A stretch of 61,280 bases of DNA from an uncultured Chromatiales bacterium (GCA_964546765.1 CAZJKV010000001.1:1-61280); one strand, 5' to 3'. Counted from the stretch's first letter, positions 16,756 through 26,421 are shown. The notes: a model not told the origin generated them from the sequence alone. Made by a program: numbers and translations.

Positions 16756-17676
16756 ATGCTGTCGCGGGTCGCGAACAACCTGTACTGGATGGCGCGCTAT
16801 ATCGAGCGAGCCGAGAATACAGCGCGCCTGATAAACGTTAATACGCATTTGTTGCTCGACTTGCCGCGCCGGGTTCGACTCGGGTGGGCGCCTATCGTAC
16901 AGATCACCGGTGACGAGGCGGAATTCCATGCCCACTTCCAGGAGGCCGACGAGCGCAGTGTAATCCGCTACATGGTCGCGAGTCCGCATAATCCGAACTC
17001 GCTGCTCGGCGCGCTGGCGTCCGCGCGTGAAAACGCGCGCACCTGCCGCGACTTCATCCCGCGCGATGCCTGGGAGCAGATCAACGGACTTTATCTGTGG
17101 ATCAGGATTGAAAACCAGCGCGCTTTCGCCCACCGCACGCGTTTCAACTTCCTGAGCGATGTGATCCTCGGCGCCCAGACCGTAACCGGCCTGCTTGCCG
17201 GCACCATGGCCCATGACGAGGGTTACGACTTTTTGCGCATCGGCCGCAACCTGGAGCGTGCCGACATGACGTCGCGCCTCATCGATGTGCGCTCCGCCTC
17301 GCTACTGCCTGACCTGGAAGGGGAGTCGACGCCGTTCGAGAACATCCAGTGGATGAGCGTTCTGAAGTCACTGTCGGCCTATCAGATGTACCGTCGTGTC
17401 ATGCGTACCCGCGTAGGGCGTCCCGATGTATTGCGCTTTCTTTTCCGCGAGCGCAGTTTTCCGCGCTCGTTTTATCACGCCGTCTGCGAAGCCGAGATCA
17501 GCCTGATGCACCTGCCGCGCAACGAACGCCCGTTGCAGGCCCTGTTGACCCTCAAGCGCAAGGTTACCCGCGCGCGACCCGACACGATGAGCCAGGATGA
17601 ACTGCATCGGTTTATCGACGAATTGCAAATCGGGCTGAAGGACGTCGGCGACCATATCGGCGCGACCTATTTCTAG
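16756..17676 (+). CDS. Alpha-E domain protein (DUF403)
   Basis: 306 aa. MLSRVANNLYWMARYIERAENTARL is the hallmark alpha-E N-terminus. It starts 6 nt after the ATP-grasp stop. Confidence 0.85.
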   Translation: MLSRVANNLYWMARYIERAENTARLINVNTHLLLDLPRRVRLGWAPIVQITGDEAEFHAHFQEADERSVIRYMVASPHNPNSLLGALASARENARTCRDFIPRDAWEQINGLYLWIRIENQRAFAHRTRFNFLSDVILGAQTVTGLLAGTMAHDEGYDFLRIGRNLERADMTSRLIDVRSASLLPDLEGESTPFENIQWMSVLKSLSAYQMYRRVMRTRVGRPDVLRFLFRERSFPRSFYHAVCEAEISLMHLPRNERPLQALLTLKRKVTRARPDTMSQDELHRFIDELQIGLKDVGDHIGATYF

Positions 17677-17691
17677 CTTTTCAAGTGAGGG

Positions 17692-18294
17692 TCAGACCCT
17701 TTTTAACGGATTCGGGACTACACTCTCCTCGAAGCGCCAATCTCCGGGGGCCAGACCGGCGAGTGTGATTCCGCCGATCGCTGCGCGGATCAGCCGCAGG
17801 GTAGGGCATCCGACCGCCGCGGTCATGCGTCTGACCTGGCGATTGCGGCCTTCGCGGATCGAGAGCAGCAGCCAGGCGGTTGGAATGCTTGCGCGGTGGC
17901 GGATCGGCGGGATGCGCGGCCACAAGTCTGCAGGCTCCGCGATGCGCTCCGCGCGCGCCGGCATCGTCATGCCGTCGTTGAGCTCGACGCCGCTCGCCAG
18001 CGACCGCAGCGCGTCCTCGCCGGGGACGCCCTCAACCTGCACCCAGTAGGTCTTCCACAACTCGAAGCGCGGGTCCGCGATTCGCTGCTGCACGCGCCCG
18101 TCATCGGTCAGCAGCAGCAGCCCTTCGCTGTCGCGGTCGAGCCGTCCGGCCGGATAGAATCCGGGCGCATCGATATAATCAGCGAGCGTCGGTCTGCCGG
18201 AAACGCGGTCGGTGAACTGGCACAGCACGTCGAACGGCTTGTTGAATGCGATCAGGTGTGCCTGGTGTCTTGTCTCTGCCTTAGTCTGTCTCAT
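17692..18294 (-). CDS. rluE: 23S rRNA pseudouridine synthase E
   Basis: Trimmed to the Met at 18294. FNKPFDVLCQFTD, AGRLDRDSEGLLLLT, WKTYWVQVEG and EGRNRQVRRMTAAVGCPTLRLIR align closely with my memory of E. coli RluE. Confidence 0.85.
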   Translation of the reverse strand: MRQTKAETRHQAHLIAFNKPFDVLCQFTDRVSGRPTLADYIDAPGFYPAGRLDRDSEGLLLLTDDGRVQQRIADPRFELWKTYWVQVEGVPGEDALRSLASGVELNDGMTMPARAERIAEPADLWPRIPPIRHRASIPTAWLLLSIREGRNRQVRRMTAAVGCPTLRLIRAAIGGITLAGLAPGDWRFEESVVPNPLKRV

Positions 18295-18349
18295 GTTCCC
18301 GTGATAATATCCTCGCTTCGGCTGCCCCGCCATCCGGGGCTCCGTCACC

Positions 18350-18434
18350 GCGCAGGTGGCGAAACAGGTAGACGCGCTGGTTTTAGGTGCCAGTGGGGCA
18401 ACCCGTGAGAGTTCGAGTCTCTCCCTGCGCACCA
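18350..18434 (+). tRNA. tRNA-Leu (anticodon UAG), class II with a long variable arm, CCA encoded
   Basis: Hand-folded. Acceptor stem GCGCAGG/CCTGCGC, D arm GCG..CGC, anticodon stem CTGGT/GCCAG with loop TTTAGGT, variable arm TGGGGCAACCCGT, T arm GAGAG-TTCGAGT-CTCTC, then ACCA. Confidence 0.9.
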
Positions 18435-18446
18435 ACAAACGGATCG

Positions 18447-20342
18447 ATGACTGAAACACAAGGCATACTGCTCGCGATCCTGGTTCTGACGATCGTCGGG
18501 TTCATGTGGGGACGCTGGCGGCACGACATGGTAGCGCTCGGCGCCCTGATAGCCTGCGTGCTGGCCGGTCTGGTACCGGCGCCGGCGGCATTCGCCGGCT
18601 TCGGGCATCCGGCGGTCATCACGGTCGCATGCGTACTGATACTGAGCTTCATGCTGCAGAATTCCGGCGCGGTCGACGCGCTGGCTCGTCGCGTACTGCC
18701 GGGCGATGCCGGTCCGGGCATGACGATCGCAGCGGTCACCGGTCTCGCCGCGGTGCTGTCGGCCTTCATGAACAATGTCGGCGCGCTCGCGCTCCTGATG
18801 CCGGTCGCGATGCAGATCGCGATCAAGCAAGGCGTACCGCCGGGCCGTGTGCTGATGCCGCTTGCCTTCGGGTCGATCCTCGGCGGCATAACGACGCTGA
18901 TCGGGACGCCGCCCAACCTGATCGTCTCTGGTTTCCGAGCCGAGACCGGCGCCGGCACTTTCGCGATGTTCGACTTTACACCGGTGGGCGTCGTAGTTGC
19001 GACAGTCGGCGTACTGTTCATCGTCGTCATCGGCTGGCGCCTGGTTCCTACGCGCACGCGGGCCGGCAGCGAGGGTTTCGAAACCAGCGCCTACCTCACC
19101 GAGGCCCGGGTTCCCGAGGAATCAAAGGCCGCCGGCATGTCGCTGCGCGAGATCGAAAAGGCGCTCGACGAGGCCGATGCCCAGGTGATTGGCCTCGTTC
19201 GTAACGATGTGCGCGTCCCGGCCCCGAATACTCTGCGCAAGATCCGCGCCGGCGATATCCTGGTTATCGAGGCTGAGCCCGAGGCGCTCGCGACGGCACT
19301 GTCCGGACTCGGTCTCAAGCTCGAGGAAGATCGTCGCGAGGAGCTCAAGGAGGACAAGAAGGACGAGGGCAAGGAAAACGACGAGGATGACGGCGACAGG
19401 GACAAGGCCGGCAAGGACGTCAAGGACGTCAAGGACGGAAAAGACAAGGCGGACGACGACAAAGACAGTAAGGCCTTGCGGTCGGATGAGGTCGGTCTGC
19501 TGGAGCTCGTAGTCCTGCCGATCTCCGGACTCGTCGGACGATCGGCGAAGGACATCAATCTTCGTGCCCGTTACGGCATCAACCTGCTCGCCATTTCCCG
19601 TCGGGGCCAGCGCTCGCTGGCGAGGTTGCGGTCGATGGCAATACGCCCGGGCGATGTCCTGCTGATGCAGGGCGCATCCGAGTTGCTGTCAGAATTCTCG
19701 AGTCAGATGGGGTGCGTGCCGCTCGCCGAACGCTCGCTGCGTCTGCCCGACAGGCGAACCATGCTCATCGCGACCTCGATCATGGCTGTCGCGGTCGGCG
19801 GCGCTGCGTTCGGACTGGTCCCGGCTGCGGTCAGTTTCGCGGCCGGTGTGCTCGCGGCGATGGCGCTCCGGGTGATTCCATGGCGCAAGGTCTATAGTTC
19901 GATCGACTGGCCGGTCATTATCCTGCTTGCTGCACTGATCCCGGTTGCCGGCGCAATGGCAACCACCGGCGCGGCCGACCTGATCGCGCGCCTGATGCTC
20001 GACAACATCGCCCAGGGCAATGCGGTCATCGCGCTAGTGGTGATCCTCGTGGTGACGATGACCCTGTCCGATTTCATGAACAACGCCGCGACCGCCGCGG
20101 TAATGTGCCCGATTGCGATCGGCGCCGCCGTTCAGCTTGGCGTCAGCGCCGACCCGATGCTGATGGCGGTCGCGATCGGCGCGTCCTGCGCGTTCCTGAC
20201 CCCGATTGGGCACCAGAACAATACCCTGATCCTCGGTCCCGGCGGCTTTCGTTTCGGTGATTACTGGCGGCTCGGCCTGCCGCTCGAAATCCTCGTCATC
20301 GCAACAAGCGTTCCCATGATCCTCCTGGTATGGCCGTTATAA
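18447..20342 (+). CDS. SLC13/DASS-family permease with two central TrkA-C (RCK_C) domains
   Basis: Trimmed to the ATG at 18447, because the longer ORF would overlap the tRNA. Many TM segments flank two RCK_C-like units (..VIGLVRNDVRVPAPNTLRKIRAGDILVIEA.. and ..LLAISRRGQRSLARLRSMAIRPGDVLLMQG..). Confidence 0.85.
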   Translation: MTETQGILLAILVLTIVGFMWGRWRHDMVALGALIACVLAGLVPAPAAFAGFGHPAVITVACVLILSFMLQNSGAVDALARRVLPGDAGPGMTIAAVTGLAAVLSAFMNNVGALALLMPVAMQIAIKQGVPPGRVLMPLAFGSILGGITTLIGTPPNLIVSGFRAETGAGTFAMFDFTPVGVVVATVGVLFIVVIGWRLVPTRTRAGSEGFETSAYLTEARVPEESKAAGMSLREIEKALDEADAQVIGLVRNDVRVPAPNTLRKIRAGDILVIEAEPEALATALSGLGLKLEEDRREELKEDKKDEGKENDEDDGDRDKAGKDVKDVKDGKDKADDDKDSKALRSDEVGLLELVVLPISGLVGRSAKDINLRARYGINLLAISRRGQRSLARLRSMAIRPGDVLLMQGASELLSEFSSQMGCVPLAERSLRLPDRRTMLIATSIMAVAVGGAAFGLVPAAVSFAAGVLAAMALRVIPWRKVYSSIDWPVIILLAALIPVAGAMATTGAADLIARLMLDNIAQGNAVIALVVILVVTMTLSDFMNNAATAAVMCPIAIGAAVQLGVSADPMLMAVAIGASCAFLTPIGHQNNTLILGPGGFRFGDYWRLGLPLEILVIATSVPMILLVWPL

Positions 20343-20540
20343 ATCCGGGACATACGCCGAATCAGTCGAAAACAGGAACCAGGACAGCGCGGGTGCACCA
20401 TATGCGGCACGCCGACGGACTCGATCAGGTCCTTGATCGAAGCAGCCCCACTTTATTGACCGGGTGTGGCTTGTGCAGGTTTGACAGACTCATGATAATC
20501 AAGTGGACGGGATTCATAAAGTGAATAGCAGGGACTGACG

Positions 20541-20924
20541 ATGGCCACTTCGGATAATGACAGACTGGATAGAATCGTCGGCGAGTCACGGCGGGCTCGG
20601 GATCAGCGGGAGCAGGGCTACCGGGAACGGGCACTGAAGATGTATCCGCCAATCTGCGCTCGCTGCGGCCGCGAGTTCGATCGCCTGAATCTGCGCGAAC
20701 TGACCGTGCATCACCGGGACCATAACCACGACAACAATCCCCCGGATGGCAGCAACTGGGAATTGCTGTGCCTGTATTGCCACGACAACGAGCATCAACG
20801 GCAACTGGAGGCGCAGCGCGGCAATACTTCGACAGCCGGCGGCAAGGGCACCGCAGCCACGTTCAATCCGTTCGCCGATCTCAAGGACAGGATGAATAGA
20901 AATGAAGACGGGGATGACCGATAA
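20541..20924 (+). CDS. yajD: YajD-family HNH nuclease
   Basis: 127 aa. CARCGREF...LTVHHRDHNHDNNPPDGSNWELLCLYCHDNEH is the YajD-type HNH/zinc-finger core. Confidence 0.85.
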   Translation: MATSDNDRLDRIVGESRRARDQREQGYRERALKMYPPICARCGREFDRLNLRELTVHHRDHNHDNNPPDGSNWELLCLYCHDNEHQRQLEAQRGNTSTAGGKGTAATFNPFADLKDRMNRNEDGDDR

Positions 20925-20939
20925 ACTGACCTTCCCCTT

Positions 20940-21611
20940 TTACTCCTTCAGCCTGATATGAAGCTGGCCATCCTCGACGCGCATATAATCGACACCGTCG
21001 GCAAAGCTTTTCCAGAAACCCGGATCGCCGCCGAATTCCCGAACGAGATCGACGTTTTTCACGTTGCCCAGCCATGCGTTCGGAAGCGCTACGCCCATCA
21101 GGCTGATGCCCTTCAGTACGACGACTGGCCTGCCGTCCCGGAAGGCCAGTTCGACGCCGGCATTCACCCTCAGGGTGTTGCCGCCGAGCACCGGAAAGTC
21201 CTCTTCGAGCGGGATCAGGAGCCTTGCACTGACGAGGTCGTCGGACAGGTCGATCGCGAGCCTCCGTGCGAGGTCAGTATTGTTTGCGAGCAGCGCATTG
21301 AGCTCCCGTTCGCTGAGACTGACGTCTCGAGACGCACCGGCCTCGCTGTAGGGTTCGGGTTCGAGCGGCTGCGTATCATCGCTGCCTGCCCTGGTGTCGA
21401 TGCCGATGGTCCTGAGCTTGCCGCGTAGCGCCGCTGCTTCATCCGGTTTCAGTTGTACCGGGCTGAATTCCTTCTGGAACAGGGTCTGGCCGAGGGCCCA
21501 GTAGGTGACTCCGGCGGTCACTAGGATCGTAACGATGACGATCAGCACGAGCTGGGGCCAGCGCAATCCTGCGCGCGTCGAGTTTCTGGTCGTTTGCCTG
21601 ACGTGGTTCAT
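20940..21611 (-). CDS. Hypothetical membrane-anchored protein
   Basis: 223 aa with a single N-terminal TM helix (WPQLVLIVIVTILVTAGVTYWAL). No recognised domain. Confidence 0.5.
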   Translation of the reverse strand: MNHVRQTTRNSTRAGLRWPQLVLIVIVTILVTAGVTYWALGQTLFQKEFSPVQLKPDEAAALRGKLRTIGIDTRAGSDDTQPLEPEPYSEAGASRDVSLSERELNALLANNTDLARRLAIDLSDDLVSARLLIPLEEDFPVLGGNTLRVNAGVELAFRDGRPVVVLKGISLMGVALPNAWLGNVKNVDLVREFGGDPGFWKSFADGVDYMRVEDGQLHIRLKE

Positions 21612-21620
21612 CGATGTCCC

Positions 21621-22772
21621 TCAATCCTTCCGAACCCTGACCTCGCAGGCAAGCGCGACCGCCCGTTCGAGCTGAGCGCGTGACGTATAGAAGTGGGGCG
21701 AGTAGCGGATGCCGCCGCCGCGCTGCGCGCAATGGATGCCCGCGTCGCGCAACGCGCGGTACAGCGCCACGGGATGTGTCCCGCGTCGGCGGAAGCTGAC
21801 GATCCCGGAGCGCCGTGCCGCAGCGCCTGCCGACAGCAGCTCGAGCTCGTCTGAATCATCAATCAATTCCGCCAGATATGCGCTGTTCCCGAGTACCTCC
21901 CGTTCGACGTTCCCGATGTCGGCCTCGAGCAGCAGGCCGAGACTGGCATTGAGGCCATGGATCCCGAGCATATTGGGGCTGCCGCATTCGAAGCGCCGGG
22001 CGCCGCGTGCGATGGTCCAGTCTCGGCGGTCGTAGTCGCCGACAGCCTCGATCATGTGCCAGCCGTACTGGGTCAGCCGCAACCGGTCGCGCAGGGCGGG
22101 CCGGGTGTAGAACAGCGCGACGCCTTCAGGTCCCATCATCCACTTGTGGCCATCGGCGACGAGCACGTCGGCCTGGATCGTCTCGACGTCTATGCGGAGC
22201 GCGCCGATACTCTGTATGCCATCGACGCAATAAACGATGTCGTGCCGGCGACAGAACGCGCCGATGCGCGCGAGGTCCATGCGCAGACCGCTCGCGTATT
22301 GCACCGAGCTGACAGTCAACAGCCGGGTGCGCTCGTCCGCGAGCGCGAACAAGGCGGCCTCGGGATCAGGCGCGTCGCCGATCGCGGCCTCGCGCAATGC
22401 GACGCCCCGATTCGCGAGCGATTCCCAGACGATGCGGTTGGAAGGGAACTCCTGGTCGGTGGTCACAACACTGTCGCCGGGCGCCCAGGGCATGCCGTAG
22501 GCGACGATGGAGAGGCCCTCCGAGGTGTTTTTCAGCAGCGCGATATCGTCCGCGCCCGCTGCGTTCAGCAGCACGCACGCGCGTTCCTTCAGCAGGGCCT
22601 CGGTTGCGGTCCAGCGATCGTAGTGGATGGGGCCGTATTGCCAGTTCTCCTCAGCGAAGGCCGCGACCGCGGCGGCGGTCCGTTTGGGCCACGGTGACAC
22701 ACCGGCATGATTGAGATAGATGATGTCGTCCCGATGGGGAAACTCCTGATCGATGAGCCTTGCCAGATTCAT
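21621..22772 (-). CDS. Class V aminotransferase-fold PLP enzyme (cysteine desulfurase / epimerase-like)
   Basis: 383 aa. ADGHKWMMGPEG holds the putative PLP lysine. It has the overall class V pattern. Confidence 0.8.
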   Translation of the reverse strand: MNLARLIDQEFPHRDDIIYLNHAGVSPWPKRTAAAVAAFAEENWQYGPIHYDRWTATEALLKERACVLLNAAGADDIALLKNTSEGLSIVAYGMPWAPGDSVVTTDQEFPSNRIVWESLANRGVALREAAIGDAPDPEAALFALADERTRLLTVSSVQYASGLRMDLARIGAFCRRHDIVYCVDGIQSIGALRIDVETIQADVLVADGHKWMMGPEGVALFYTRPALRDRLRLTQYGWHMIEAVGDYDRRDWTIARGARRFECGSPNMLGIHGLNASLGLLLEADIGNVEREVLGNSAYLAELIDDSDELELLSAGAAARRSGIVSFRRRGTHPVALYRALRDAGIHCAQRGGGIRYSPHFYTSRAQLERAVALACEVRVRKD

Positions 22773-23812
22773 CGAGGCGCCCCGGCCCGGTGCTCCAGCA
22801 CCTTGCGCAGCGAGCCGAAACGGCGGCGATATTGGGCAGGGGTCAGCCCCACGCGCCGGCGGAACATGCGTCCGAAGAAGCTGTTGTCCTCGTAACCTAC
22901 CTCATTGGCGACCGCCTCGATCGGCAGTTCGGTGGCCTCGAGCAGATGCTTGGATTCCTCGAGCCGAAGCGTGTGCACGTATTCCAGCGGCGTCATGCCG
23001 GTCGCACGCGAGAAACGCCGCTTGAAAGAACGCTCCGCGAGGCCGCTCAGCCGGGCCATCGCCGACACCGGCGCATCGTGCTCGTAGTTTTGCGCGATCC
23101 ACTGCTGGCAGCGGGCGATGACCGCATCGTCAACCTGACGATTGCAGGTCAGCGATGCGAACGGCTGCTGACCGATATGATGCCAGTCGATCAATTGCAG
23201 GCGCGCCACCCGCATCGCCTCCTCGGCACCGTAGAAACGGGCGATCAGGAACAGCGCGAGGTCATGCCATGAGGTACCGCCGCCGGCCAGGATCAGTCGC
23301 CCGTCGCCTGAGGTCACCAGCGCGCGATTAGGATGGACGCGTATGGCCGGATAGCGTCTCGCCATCGCCTCGCAATAGGCCCAATGGGTAGTCGCATCCT
23401 TATCGTCGAGCAGTCCTGCCTCAGCAAGGACCAGGGCGCCGGTGCAGGCCGCTGCCAGTACCCCCCCGCCGGCGTGATGAGCCCTGAGCCATTTCGTCTC
23501 TTCGGGATAACGGCCGGTCAGGTCTTCTTCGGGGGAAACCATCAGGTCGGGGATGACCACGATCCCGGCCTTTGGGCAGTTTTCGAGCGTCGACTCGGGC
23601 TCGATCCGCAGTCCGCCCGGCGTCAGCAATGGCGCGGCCCCAACCGCGACGATGACCGGACGGAACAGCGACTCTCCCGGCTTCCCGTGGGTCAGCAGGC
23701 CCCAGTCACGCCCCGCCGAGGCCAGTATCTCGTACATACCGTAGACCGTCGACGCGGTGGATTCCGGCACTGCCAGCACCGCAACCACGAGCCGTTCTCT
23801 GGAGACTGTCAT
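22769..23812 (-). CDS. GlxA-family transcriptional regulator (DJ-1/PfpI domain plus AraC-type HTH)
   Basis: 347 aa. The N-terminal DJ-1-like domain has AAACTGALVLAEAGLL. The C-terminal AraC HTH has TPLEYVHTLRLEESKHLL ... VGYEDNSFFGRMFRR. It has a 4-nt overlap with the aminotransferase start. Confidence 0.85.
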   Translation of the reverse strand: MTVSRERLVVAVLAVPESTASTVYGMYEILASAGRDWGLLTHGKPGESLFRPVIVAVGAAPLLTPGGLRIEPESTLENCPKAGIVVIPDLMVSPEEDLTGRYPEETKWLRAHHAGGGVLAAACTGALVLAEAGLLDDKDATTHWAYCEAMARRYPAIRVHPNRALVTSGDGRLILAGGGTSWHDLALFLIARFYGAEEAMRVARLQLIDWHHIGQQPFASLTCNRQVDDAVIARCQQWIAQNYEHDAPVSAMARLSGLAERSFKRRFSRATGMTPLEYVHTLRLEESKHLLEATELPIEAVANEVGYEDNSFFGRMFRRRVGLTPAQYRRRFGSLRKVLEHRAGAPR

Positions 23813-23949
23813 GGCCGATATGTCCGTTTTCTGCCCTGAATGACTTTAACGCAAGGGGTGCGGGGAAGGTAGTCTTCTGGCCATGGGACGGACTCGCACA
23901 GCGGCGAGCCGCCCAGAAGCCAACTACCAGCCGAAAGGAGGACGACACC

Positions 23950-25041
23950 ATGGACCAAGTCGCGCAAACCACCGATTTCGATACCCGGCGGGCGGAGGCC
24001 TTCACCGCCTCGCTGCTGGAAATTCTCAATCATGGCGCGCTCTGCCTGATGATCTCAATCGGCCATCGCACCGGGCTGCTCGACACGATGAGCGACGCAG
24101 CGCCCGTGACTTCGACGGAACTGGCCGCCCGCGCCGGACTCGATGAACGCTATGTGCGCGAATGGCTCGGCGCGATGGTGACCGGCGGCGTCGTGACCTA
24201 CGACCCGGAAACCCTGCGCTACATGATCCCGACCGAGCACACCGCCAGTCTGACCCGTGCCGCGGGCGCCGACAACGTCGCGGTATTCGCGCAATACATC
24301 GGCGTCCTGGGTGGCGTCGAGGACGAGATCGTCGAGTGCTTCCGCAACGGTGGTGGCGTGCCCTATGAAAAATTTCCGCGCTTCCACGAGGTGATGGCCG
24401 AGGACAGTGGCCAGTCGGTGCTGTCATCGCTTGAGTCGCATATCCTGCCGCTGGTGCCCGGGGTGACCGGACGCCTGTCTCGGGGGATCCGCGTGCTCGA
24501 CATCGGCTGCGGGCAAGGCCGCATCCTGCATCGCCTGGCCAGCCTATATCCGGACAGCCGCTTTACCGGCATCGATCTGTCGGAAGCAGCCATCGACTAC
24601 GCGCGTGAGCAGGCGGCAAGGGCAGGTCTCGATAACGTCGAGTTCATCGCGGCGGACCTCAGCGATTTCGATCGCACTGCCGAGCCGGACGGCTACGACC
24701 TGATCACGACCTTCGACGCAATTCATGACCAGGCCCGGCCGCTGAACGTGCTGAAGGGCATCCACCGTGCACTCAGACCCGACGGGACCTATCTGATGCA
24801 GGACATCAGTGGGACCAGTCACGTCCACAAGGACGCGGACCACCCGATCGGCCCGTTCCTCTACACGGTCTCGTGCATGCACTGCATGACTGTTTCGCTG
24901 GCCCAGGGAGGCGAGGGGCTCGGCGCCATGTGGGGCGAGGAAAAGACCCGGGAATACCTTGCGCGTGCCGGTTTCGGGTCGGTGACCAGGCACCGGCTGG
25001 ATCACGACATCCAGAACAACTGGTATGTCGTGAGCAGGTGA
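23950..25041 (+). CDS. Class I SAM-dependent methyltransferase with an N-terminal winged-helix-like domain
   Basis: 363 aa. Motif I VLDIGCGQG lies in the C-terminal half. An AAGGAGG RBS lies upstream. Confidence 0.8.
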   Translation: MDQVAQTTDFDTRRAEAFTASLLEILNHGALCLMISIGHRTGLLDTMSDAAPVTSTELAARAGLDERYVREWLGAMVTGGVVTYDPETLRYMIPTEHTASLTRAAGADNVAVFAQYIGVLGGVEDEIVECFRNGGGVPYEKFPRFHEVMAEDSGQSVLSSLESHILPLVPGVTGRLSRGIRVLDIGCGQGRILHRLASLYPDSRFTGIDLSEAAIDYAREQAARAGLDNVEFIAADLSDFDRTAEPDGYDLITTFDAIHDQARPLNVLKGIHRALRPDGTYLMQDISGTSHVHKDADHPIGPFLYTVSCMHCMTVSLAQGGEGLGAMWGEEKTREYLARAGFGSVTRHRLDHDIQNNWYVVSR

Positions 25042-25087
25042 GCTGGCGCCGTCCCTGCCGGATGGCGCCCGGCAAGCCTATGCGCGG

Positions 25088-25459
25088 TCAGTAGCCACTG
25101 CGATGGTCCTTGTCGGGTACGGGCTCGCCCGACAGCAGGGACCAGATCAGGTAGGCGACGTTTTCGGGAACCACGACGGTATGCCGGTTGTTCGAGTCGA
25201 ACAATTGCTCACGCAGCGACTTGCGCACGTCGGCGATGCCGGTCATATCGAAGATCATGTCCACTTTATCACCCTGGCCGATGATTTCGTCCGGGGTCAG
25301 AATCGGGATCCCGGCGGATTCGGCCTTGCGACGACCCGGTGTGTCGTGCATTTCGCTGACGCAGACGATCTCGATCCCCTGCTTCTGACGACCGAGCAAT
25401 TGTTCGAGCACGACGGATCCGATCCGCCCCAAACCGACGACAGCAATCTTGGCGCTCAT
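25088..25459 (-). CDS. Small NAD(P)-binding Rossmann-like protein
   Basis: 123 aa. MSAKIAVVGLGRIGS is a GxGxxG dinucleotide-binding motif. It resembles only the N-terminal domain of dehydrogenases. Confidence 0.5.
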   Translation of the reverse strand: MSAKIAVVGLGRIGSVVLEQLLGRQKQGIEIVCVSEMHDTPGRRKAESAGIPILTPDEIIGQGDKVDMIFDMTGIADVRKSLREQLFDSNNRHTVVVPENVAYLIWSLLSGEPVPDKDHRSGY

Positions 25460-25608
25460 CCTGCCTCTCCCAGTGTGTCAATTCGTGGTCAATATATCGA
25501 CCGCGATCGAGACAGGTTTATCATTGATTGCCAGGCGAGACCCCGCCTGAAACAATGAGCGGCACAGAGGCGAAGGACGCTGCCCCATATCCCCGAGGAA
25601 TTACGACG

Positions 25609-26415
25609 ATGAAGCGGAACAACCAGCCCGACTGGGACCGGATTGCCGAGAAGTTCGATGTCTTTCTGCCGCAGCTCGCCCCGGTGGGCGAGGTCCTGCT
25701 CGAGGCCCTGCAGGTCGCACCAGGAGACAGGGTACTCGATATCGCGTCCGGCACCGGCGAGCCGGCGCTGACGCTTGCGCGCAGACAGGCGCATGCGCAG
25801 ATCACCGGTGTCGACGCGGCCGAGGGTATGGTTCGTGCCGCACAGAAAAAGGTCGCAGCCGAGCGGTTGTCGAATATTTCATTTCGCACCATGGCCGCGG
25901 AACGCCTCGATTTCGGCGACCACAGCTTCGACAAGGCACTGTGCCGTTTCGGTATTATGCTGCTCGATGACCCGCTCGCGGGTTGTCGCGAGATCCATCG
26001 CGTACTGAAACCAGGCGGCACCTTCGCGTTCGCGGTATGGAGTACGCCCGAGACGATGACCACGCTGCACTGGGCCGCGCGGGCGTTTCGCGGCCGCGTG
26101 TCCGATGACCAGCTGCCTCCGATCGAGCATGTGACCCGGCTCGGCCGACCCGGGGCGCTCGAAGCCCTGCTTGGAGAGGCCGGTTTCTCGCGCTTCAGCA
26201 TCACGCCACACAGATTCGATTACCAGTACGTGTCTTTCGATGCCTACTGGGATGCGATGGAGGCCTCGGAGGTCAACAGGCAGCAATTCGACGCGCTGTC
26301 CGAGGGCGAACGCAGCCGCGTGCGTGACGAGATCGCGTGCTTCGCGCATGACTTCCAGACCGATCATGGCCTCGTCATCCCGCATGAGTATCTGCTTGCG
26401 ACCTGTGAACGCTGA
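25609..26415 (+). CDS. Class I SAM-dependent methyltransferase
   Basis: Trimmed to the ATG at 25609, which is preceded by a gagga RBS. Motif I VLDIASGTGEPAL, then LKPGGTFAFAVW. Confidence 0.8.
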   Translation: MKRNNQPDWDRIAEKFDVFLPQLAPVGEVLLEALQVAPGDRVLDIASGTGEPALTLARRQAHAQITGVDAAEGMVRAAQKKVAAERLSNISFRTMAAERLDFGDHSFDKALCRFGIMLLDDPLAGCREIHRVLKPGGTFAFAVWSTPETMTTLHWAARAFRGRVSDDQLPPIEHVTRLGRPGALEALLGEAGFSRFSITPHRFDYQYVSFDAYWDAMEASEVNRQQFDALSEGERSRVRDEIACFAHDFQTDHGLVIPHEYLLATCER

Positions 26416-26421
26416 CAGGGA

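Noticed and set aside
18387-18446. Upstream extension of the SLC13 permease ORF, and the upstream extension of rluE to 18459
   Set aside because: Both extensions are translations of the tRNA-Leu gene (18350-18434) and its flanks. Internal Met codons at 18447 (+) and 18294 (-) give sensible N-termini.
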